64,000 nt of DNA, taken from assembly GCF_021246445.1 (NCBI RefSeq), contig NZ_JAJQXW010000002.1, positions 372,001 to 436,000 of the forward strand, given 5' to 3'. The stretch comes from Rhabdothermincola salaria. GTDB taxonomy: Bacteria > Actinomycetota > Acidimicrobiia > Acidimicrobiales > Acidimicrobilacustridaceae. Below are positions 57,931 to 64,000 of the stretch, one piece after another (position 1 is the first letter of the stretch; each line of letters begins with the position of its first letter). Below the pieces are notes generated by a model. It ran no database searches. It saw only the letters and a program-made list of their open reading frames with translations, and had not been told where the DNA came from. The position numbers and the translations under genes were made by a program.

Positions 57931-59892
57931 GTGACCGCCGTCGACCCTTCCGTGGCCTGCCCCTCCCGGCGGGCGGCGCCGGTCCTGGTGGCCGTGGGTG
58001 TGCTCACCCTGGTCCTGGTGCTGGCCACGGCGGCCCCGGCCGGGGCCCATGCCAGCGTGATCACCACCAGCCCGGCCGACGGCCAATCGGTGCCCGAGCC
58101 GCCCACCACCTTCACCGTGACCTTCACCGAGGCGGTCGACACCCAACTGGGCGGGTTGAGCGTGCTCGACGGCGACGGCAACCGGGTCGACCTGGACGAC
58201 ACGACGAGCGAGGACGCCGGGCGGCTCCTGAGCGTCGGACTCGAGCCGGACCTGGCGGAGGGCACCTATGTGGGCACCTGGCGGGTCGTGTCCGCCGATG
58301 GCCACCCCATCAGCGGGTCGGTGCTGTTCGCGGTCGGCACCGTCGTCGACCCCTCCGGCCTCGACGTCCTCACCGCTCGCACCGACCCCGGGTGGGAGGT
58401 GGCCGGCACGGTGGCCCGCTTCGCCACCTTCGTCGCCGCGCTCCTGGCGGCCGGCATGGGCTTCTTCCTCGCCTTCGTCCACGACCAACGCCGCGACCGC
58501 TGGAGGCTGGCTCCGGTGGTGCGCCTGGCCACGCTGGCCGGCCTGTTCGGGATCCTCGCCACGGTCGGCGCCCAAGCGGCCCTGGCCACCGGCCGGGGCC
58601 TCGACGCCGCCACCGACCTCGACGTCGTCCGCACCGTGCTCACCGAGTCGCTGGGGTGGCAGGCCGTCGTGCTCCTGGCCGGCCTCGCCCTCGTCCACCT
58701 GTCCACCGACACCCAGAAGCTCCTCGTGGCCCAGGGCTGCGCCTTCTACGGCGGGTTGGCGGTCAGCGCGTCGTTCGTCCTGTGGGGCCACGCCACCGAG
58801 GCTCCGTACCGGTGGCTGTCGGTCCTCGCCGACGGCACCCACGTGGCGACCGCCGCCGTGTGGTTCGGGGGCCTGGTCGGCCTCGCCCTCACCCTGAGCC
58901 AACGCGCCTCGGCGCTCGCCGGCGCCCCCGACCCCGATCTCCCGGCGCGTCCCGACAGCACCGACAGCACCGACAGCACCGACAGCACCGACAGCACCCT
59001 CAGCACCGTGGCGGCGCCGTCCTCGACCACGCTCACCCTCGACGACTCGGCTCTGGTGGCCACGGCCAGCCCCACTGGTGTCCGCACCGATCGGCGGGCC
59101 CGTCGAGACCTGCTGCGCTCCACCGCAGTGGTGGTGGGGCGCTTCTCCACTGCCGCCACCGTCTCGGTGATCGGCGTGCTCGTCACCGGCCTGGCCATGA
59201 CCTGGATCCAGTCCGGGGGTTCGCCCTCGGCCCTGTGGTCCACGACCTACGGTCGCCTCCTGCTCGCCAAGGTGGCGCTGGTCGGGGCGGTCGTCGTGCT
59301 CGGCGCCTACAACCGCCAACGCCTGGTCCCCTCCCTCACCGCCGTCCCCGTCGACCCTTCCGACGACGCAGTGGCCACCGCCTCCACCCCCGCCGACGAG
59401 CCCCTCGACGACCCCGGGGAGACCACCGACGCCGCGAGCACCGAGGGCTGGCATCGGCTGCGGGGCACGCTGTTGGTGGAAATCGTCGTCATCCTCGCCG
59501 TGCTCGCCCTCACCGCGGTCCTGGTCAACGTCACCCCGGCCCGCACCGCAGCCGACGACCGCGGCGGAACCGTCTCGCTGCAGGGGGCCGCCGGCGACGG
59601 CACCGTGGAACTCACCATCGACCCCGCTCGCGCCGGGCCCAACACCCTCCGGGTGCAGTACCTCGACCCGGACGGCCGACCTCTCGACGTGGCCACCGAC
59701 CTGCGTGTCGAGTTCCGCCTCCCCGAGGCCGACCTCGGCCCGATCAGCCGGGATGTCGTCAAGGTCGGTCCCGGGACGTTCGTGGTGGAGGGCTCCGAGC
59801 TCTCGATCCCCGGTCGCTGGGAGATCGCCCTCGCCGTGCGCCCCTCGGACTTCCGTGAGGTCCGCACCCCCTTCGTCATCGACATCCCCTGA
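57931..59892 (+). CDS. CopC-CopD copper resistance/uptake fusion with C-terminal soluble domain
   Basis: AHASVITTSPADG, WRVVSADGHPISG (CopC); GHA, HVATAAVWFGGL, TYGRLLLAK (CopD). Confidence 0.9.
   Translation: MTAVDPSVACPSRRAAPVLVAVGVLTLVLVLATAAPAGAHASVITTSPADGQSVPEPPTTFTVTFTEAVDTQLGGLSVLDGDGNRVDLDDTTSEDAGRLLSVGLEPDLAEGTYVGTWRVVSADGHPISGSVLFAVGTVVDPSGLDVLTARTDPGWEVAGTVARFATFVAALLAAGMGFFLAFVHDQRRDRWRLAPVVRLATLAGLFGILATVGAQAALATGRGLDAATDLDVVRTVLTESLGWQAVVLLAGLALVHLSTDTQKLLVAQGCAFYGGLAVSASFVLWGHATEAPYRWLSVLADGTHVATAAVWFGGLVGLALTLSQRASALAGAPDPDLPARPDSTDSTDSTDSTDSTLSTVAAPSSTTLTLDDSALVATASPTGVRTDRRARRDLLRSTAVVVGRFSTAATVSVIGVLVTGLAMTWIQSGGSPSALWSTTYGRLLLAKVALVGAVVVLGAYNRQRLVPSLTAVPVDPSDDAVATASTPADEPLDDPGETTDAASTEGWHRLRGTLLVEIVVILAVLALTAVLVNVTPARTAADDRGGTVSLQGAAGDGTVELTIDPARAGPNTLRVQYLDPDGRPLDVATDLRVEFRLPEADLGPISRDVVKVGPGTFVVEGSELSIPGRWEIALAVRPSDFREVRTPFVIDIP
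58952..58996. repeat. 9-mer tandem repeat (CCGACAGCA)x5 encoding (Asp-Ser-Thr)5
   Basis: Read directly, in a loop of the CopD region. Confidence 0.95.
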
Positions 59893-59909
59893 CCCCCATC
59901 CGGAGCACC

Positions 59910-60644
59910 ATGCCCCCCTTCAACTCCTCCCCCGACCGATCCAGCCCGCGTCGCCACCGCCCCACCCGTGCGGTCATCGCCGCGCTGGCCCTGTCGGGAA
60001 CCGTCGCCCTCGTCGCGCCCACCGCTCCGGCCGCGGCCCACGTCACCTCGGCCGAGGAGCCGGTGGTCGCCGGGGAGCGCACCCCCGTGACCTTCAGCTT
60101 CGACCACGGATGCGCCGGCCAGCCCACCACCTCGTTGCGGGTGCAGATCCCCGACGGGGTCAGCGACGTGGCCGCCGAGGCCCCAGAGGGCTGGACCTCG
60201 ACGGTGACCGACGACGAGCTGCGGTGGGACGGAGGCTCGATCCCCGACGGCGAGACCGTCCCGTTCGTGGCCACCATGGTCGTGACCGCCCCGGAGGACA
60301 CCACCCTGCACTTCCCGACCATCCAGGGCTGCCCCACCGCCGAAGAGGCCTGGATCCAGATCCCCGACGCGTCGAACCCCGAGCCCGACTACCCGGCGCC
60401 CAGCATCGTGGTGGGCACCACGACCGACGCCACCTTGGCCGACGAGCCCCAGGGCACCGAAGCCGCCGCGGCCACCACCCCGACCACACGCCCCCCGCTC
60501 GAGGACAGCCCCATCGCCAGCCGCGAGGTCGACCGCTCCACCTCGGGCCTGATCGTGTTCATCGGGGTGATGGTGGTCATCATCGGCGGCGCGGTGGTCC
60601 TCTACCTCGTGTACCGACCCAAGCGGGGCTCCTCCGAGAGCTGA
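59910..60644 (+). CDS. YcnI/DUF1775 copper-binding membrane protein
   Basis: AAAHV after the signal peptide, HGC..PTT, FPTIQGC...W, C-terminal TM. Confidence 0.85.
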   Translation: MPPFNSSPDRSSPRRHRPTRAVIAALALSGTVALVAPTAPAAAHVTSAEEPVVAGERTPVTFSFDHGCAGQPTTSLRVQIPDGVSDVAAEAPEGWTSTVTDDELRWDGGSIPDGETVPFVATMVVTAPEDTTLHFPTIQGCPTAEEAWIQIPDASNPEPDYPAPSIVVGTTTDATLADEPQGTEAAAATTPTTRPPLEDSPIASREVDRSTSGLIVFIGVMVVIIGGAVVLYLVYRPKRGSSES

Positions 60645-60692
60645 CCGGACGGCGTCGGGCCGGTCGCTCGGGCACCGGCCCCGCGGTGCCGG

Positions 60693-61568
60693 TCAGTCGG
60701 CGCGCGGGAGGACCCGGGGCGGGTGGTCCAGCCGGGACTGCCATCGCGAGGCGGCAGCGATGGCGGCCGCGTAGTCGGCCCGCTGGGCGCCCCAGCGCAC
60801 ACCCACCCGACGGTCGGGGCGCCCCGGCGACACCGCCGGCGCGTCGTACTGCGCTTCGATGCCGTCGCGGAGCATCTCCAGCGCCTCGGACCGCAGCTGG
60901 CTGACCCGAGACTCGGTGACCCCCAGGAAGCGGGCCAGGTCGGCCGAGGTGTGGCCGTCGAGGAAGTACCCGACGATCACCAGACGATGGCGTTCCGGGA
61001 GCAGGCTGATGGCGTCGTGGACGTAGGCCAGCAGCTCGCGGTCCTCGAGGAGGTGCTCGGCGCTGGGCTGGTCGGTGTCACGCAGCACCTCGATGAGGCT
61101 CACGTTGTCGTCGCCGTCCTGCACCGGCTGCTCGAGGGCGAGGACCACCGAGCGGTAGACACGGTCGCTGAGTCGCGCCAGCTCCGACGGTGCGACCCCG
61201 AGGCGCTCCGCCACCTCGTTCGGTGAGGGGACCCGCCCCAGCTCGCTGGTCAACTCCTGTTCGGTGCGGGCCAGGCGACGACCCACCGACCGCACCGAAC
61301 GGGGCGCCCAGTCGGCGGCGCGGACCGCGTCGAGGATCGCTCCCCTGATCCGGCGAGCCACGAAGCGATCGAAGGGCACCCCCCGGTCCGGGTCCCAACG
61401 ACGAGCGGCCTCCACCAGTCCGAGCGCCCCGGCGCGGGCGAGGTCGTCGCGGTCGACGTGGCGAGGGAAGTGCACCGCCACCTGGAAGACGACGTGGCGC
61501 ACCAGCGGGAGCTGGTCCTCGATCAGCGCCATCGTGGCGGGATCGGGTCGGCGCTTCGCCTGGGCCAT
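60693..61568 (-). CDS. FliA/WhiG family RNA polymerase sigma factor
   Basis: RRIRGAILDAVRAADWAPRSVR, GVTESRVSQL; GGAGG RBS. Confidence 0.9.
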   Translation of the reverse strand: MAQAKRRPDPATMALIEDQLPLVRHVVFQVAVHFPRHVDRDDLARAGALGLVEAARRWDPDRGVPFDRFVARRIRGAILDAVRAADWAPRSVRSVGRRLARTEQELTSELGRVPSPNEVAERLGVAPSELARLSDRVYRSVVLALEQPVQDGDDNVSLIEVLRDTDQPSAEHLLEDRELLAYVHDAISLLPERHRLVIVGYFLDGHTSADLARFLGVTESRVSQLRSEALEMLRDGIEAQYDAPAVSPGRPDRRVGVRWGAQRADYAAAIAAASRWQSRLDHPPRVLPRAD

Positions 61569-61700
61569 CTCGCCTCCTCCACCGAAGCCGGCGCGGCCGT
61601 CGTCGTCGGGGAACGACCACGGCAGACACCGCGCCCGTTCACGCTAGGCCACAACGACGAACGAGGACGGGATGACGGCCTCGCCCAACACGCCGGCCCG

Positions 61701-62699
61701 TCAGGCGGCCCGGTGGGCGTGTCCCTCGAACACCGCGGCCTTGACGCCTCGCCGGGCCAGTTCGGCGAGGAACGGCAGCGGGTCGACGAGCTCGGCGAGG
61801 CCGGCCGCCCCCCGGCGCCGGACCCGCTGATCGAGGATCCACTGCACCGCCACCGCCCCCACCGCCCCGGCGGCGACCGCAGGCCGGTCCATGGCCCCGA
61901 GCACCACCACGTCGGTGGCCCCACCCCGCAGGCCGCGCAGCTCCACCCGCACGGCCCCGGGACCCCCCTCGGGATGGGTGGGCCACAACATCGGGAGCCG
62001 AGCGGTGAGGCGGTCGCGGCGCGTGGCCGCCATGCGGGCGGTGACGCGCTGCACACCGGGGAAGGCCGGCACGATCACGAGGGCGTCGGGCAGCGCGCCG
62101 CGGTAGCAGTCCTCGGCTCCGACGGGATCGGGGAACCAGCTGAGCTCTCGTCCGGACCCGCCGGGGCGCTGCACCCAACCGCCGTCGCGCCAGTCGAGGG
62201 CCATGCGACCGAGGGCTCGGTGGTGCTGGCGGGCGCAGGCCGGACCTCCCGTGCCGACCTTGGCCACGTGCACCTCGGTGAGGGTGTCGAAGCGCCCGGC
62301 ACCGTGCGCGGCCAGCACGCAGGTGAGCCCCGGCGCGAAGCCGGCGCCGACGACCACGGTCCGGCCCCGCTCCCTGGCCTCGGCATCGAGGGCGAGCAAC
62401 GCCCGCACGTCGTCGATGTCGTCGCTGGTGGAGACGACCGAGTGGCCCTGGCGCAGGAACCGGGCGGCGTGGTCGGCGTGCACCCCTCCGGGACCGGCCA
62501 GCACGACCACGTCGGCATCGAAGGGAGCATCGACCTCGGCGTCGTCGTGCTCGGCGCCATCGCCGAGGCTGTCGACGACGGCGCGGGCCCGGGCGGCATC
62601 GGGATCGCGCACCGCGACCGAGTCGACGCCGGTCGTGAGCAGTTGGCGGGCGAGTCGGGCCCCCACGGCACCGGCGCCCACGATGCCGACGCGAGCCAT
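61701..62699 (-). CDS. NAD(P)-dependent oxidoreductase (saccharopine dehydrogenase-like)
   Basis: VGIVGAGAVG Rossmann motif, GAGFAPGLT. Confidence 0.75.
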   Translation of the reverse strand: MARVGIVGAGAVGARLARQLLTTGVDSVAVRDPDAARARAVVDSLGDGAEHDDAEVDAPFDADVVVLAGPGGVHADHAARFLRQGHSVVSTSDDIDDVRALLALDAEARERGRTVVVGAGFAPGLTCVLAAHGAGRFDTLTEVHVAKVGTGGPACARQHHRALGRMALDWRDGGWVQRPGGSGRELSWFPDPVGAEDCYRGALPDALVIVPAFPGVQRVTARMAATRRDRLTARLPMLWPTHPEGGPGAVRVELRGLRGGATDVVVLGAMDRPAVAAGAVGAVAVQWILDQRVRRRGAAGLAELVDPLPFLAELARRGVKAAVFEGHAHRAA

Positions 62700-62700
62700 G

Positions 62701-62838
62701 TCAGCTCAGCTCGGGACCGGACAGCTCACGCCATCCGCCCGACTGCGGCGGCGTGCCGCCGGTGCCGCGCAAGCGCAGCACCGAGGCCACGAGGGTGGCG
62801 AAACCGAGGGCCATGATGGCCCGGCGGAGCATCTTCAC
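62701..62838 (-). CDS. 45-aa small membrane protein directly after tRNA-Ile
   Basis: Manual translation MKMLRRAIMALGFATLVASVLRLRGTGGTPPQSGGWRELSGPELS*; one hydrophobic helix, GC3-biased codons, stop 1 nt before the next ATG. Confidence 0.6.
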   Translation of the reverse strand: MKMLRRAIMALGFATLVASVLRLRGTGGTPPQSGGWRELSGPELS

Positions 62839-62839
62839 G

Positions 62840-62913
<74 letters not shown>

Positions 62914-63013
62914 GTGGGGCAGCGGGTCACGATAACGGATCGCCCGGGACGGGGCCAACGCCGCCCGGAGGCCACCGGTCCCGGCTGGTGGGCCAGACCC
63001 CTGACGCGTCGAC

Positions 63014-63616
63014 TCAGCGACGCCCGGAACGGCGCCCCCCGGCGCGACGCGCCGTCTCGAGCTCGATGACGCTGACCCGCAACCCGCCGGTGAGCCCGGC
63101 GATGAGGTTGAACAGCACGCTGAACACCACGGCGAAGACCATGCCCGTCACCACCAGGACGAGCGCACCGATGGCCGAGGCCCGGAAGATCTGCATGCCG
63201 TCGACCACCCATCCAGGCTCGGCGAGGATCTCGGCCATGAAGTTCTCGAACTTGGAGATGGTGCCGGTGGACACGGCCACCCGCCACAGCACGACGCCGG
63301 CCACGACCAGGATCAGCCAGGTGGAGAACGCGAACAGCAGCGACACCTTGAGCACCGACCAGGGCTCGACCCGGGTGACGATGCGGTGGACCTGGCGGGC
63401 CTCGTAGCGCACCGGGCCGCCGTCAGTCGCCCTGGCGACCGGGGCAGTGGTCGGAGGCCGAGAAGGAGGAGCCTGAGGATATGGGGGTGGAGGAGCGCTG
63501 GCCCGCACCACCGGGGCGCTGATGGTGGGCTCGCCCTGGTCGCCGTCCCCGTCGTCGGCGTCGGTCTGATCGTCCCCTCGCAGGGGCGCGGCGCCAGTGC
63601 GGGGGTCGATCGCCAT
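63014..63616 (-). CDS. DUF3566 domain membrane protein
   Basis: RVEPWSVLKVSL...FNLIAGLTGGLRV; TACACT 7 nt before ATG 63616; upstream of tRNA-Ile as is common in Actinobacteria. Confidence 0.85.
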   Translation of the reverse strand: MAIDPRTGAAPLRGDDQTDADDGDGDQGEPTISAPVVRASAPPPPYPQAPPSRPPTTAPVARATDGGPVRYEARQVHRIVTRVEPWSVLKVSLLFAFSTWLILVVAGVVLWRVAVSTGTISKFENFMAEILAEPGWVVDGMQIFRASAIGALVLVVTGMVFAVVFSVLFNLIAGLTGGLRVSVIELETARRAGGRRSGRR

Positions 63617-63690
63617 CGCAGGAAGTGTAGGCACGCTCCGGCCCCTACCCAGGTCATGGCGGGCGTGTGCACGGGCATTTGGCCGTCGTG

Positions 63691-64000
63691 TCAGGGCCTC
63701 TCCGGGGCGAACGGTTCGAGGCGGGCGCGCGCCACCGCCTCGGCGTCACCGACCCTGACCGTGACCTCGACCTCGTCGCCGTAGCTCTCGAACGCCATGA
63801 CCCGGCCCCCGTTGGCCGCCGCCAGGCGATCGGCCGCGGCGCGCCCCTCGACAGCGCCGGCCAGGGCGGCGGCGTCGGCGGCCGAATGGGCCCGGGCCCG
63901 ATCCGTCACCACGCCCGCCAGGCGCACCGCGCCGAACCCCAGCACCATCACCAAGGCCAGCGCGCCGGCGACCACCGGCACCGCCTGGCCTCGGTCGCCC
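63691..64000 (-). CDS. Tad/Flp pilus TadG/TadE-like (Rv3654c-like) protein, 3' part
   Basis: DRGQAVPVVAGAL...RAHSAADAAALAGA...VTV...ARAR; continues past the window end. Confidence 0.8.
   Translation of the reverse strand, partial: GDRGQAVPVVAGALALVMVLGFGAVRLAGVVTDRARAHSAADAAALAGAVEGRAAADRLAAANGGRVMAFESYGDEVEVTVRVGDAEAVARARLEPFAPERP

Overview
Very GC-rich actinobacterial DNA; the gene content suggests Acidimicrobiia, which is an inference. The window holds about 65 CDS and one tRNA-Ile(GAT). The centre (28.1-45.5 kb) is an extended, divergent mycofactocin locus. The left arm is mftA-mftB-mftC, two FadH/OYE oxidoreductases, ETF-alpha and a FixC-like oxidoreductase. The right arm is a FixX-like ferredoxin, ETF-beta, an SDR, a MoxR AAA+ ATPase, a VWA protein, mftE and mftF. 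A CoxMSL/xanthine-dehydrogenase-type molybdo-hydroxylase operon converges on its end. No mftD, mftG or mftR was recognised. Between the arms, where mftR usually lies, is a DNA methyltransferase plus a putative PD-(D/E)xK nuclease. The most striking hidden signal is at the MoxR/VWA junction: a G_GGA_AAA slippery heptamer, a 6-nt spacer and a GNRA-capped GC hairpin lead into a start-less -1 frame, which predicts a programmed -1 frameshift giving both a free ATPase and a ~640-aa AAA-VWA fusion. Other points: an RsbQ/KAI2-like hydrolase coupled to a PAS-GGDEF cyclase, a DUF222/HNH gene with a LexA-like box, a small ORF glued to the tRNA-Ile 3' end, palindromic operators for WYL and IclR regulators, and widespread leaderless-type promoters. 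All calls come from reading the sequence and recalled motifs; no searches were run.
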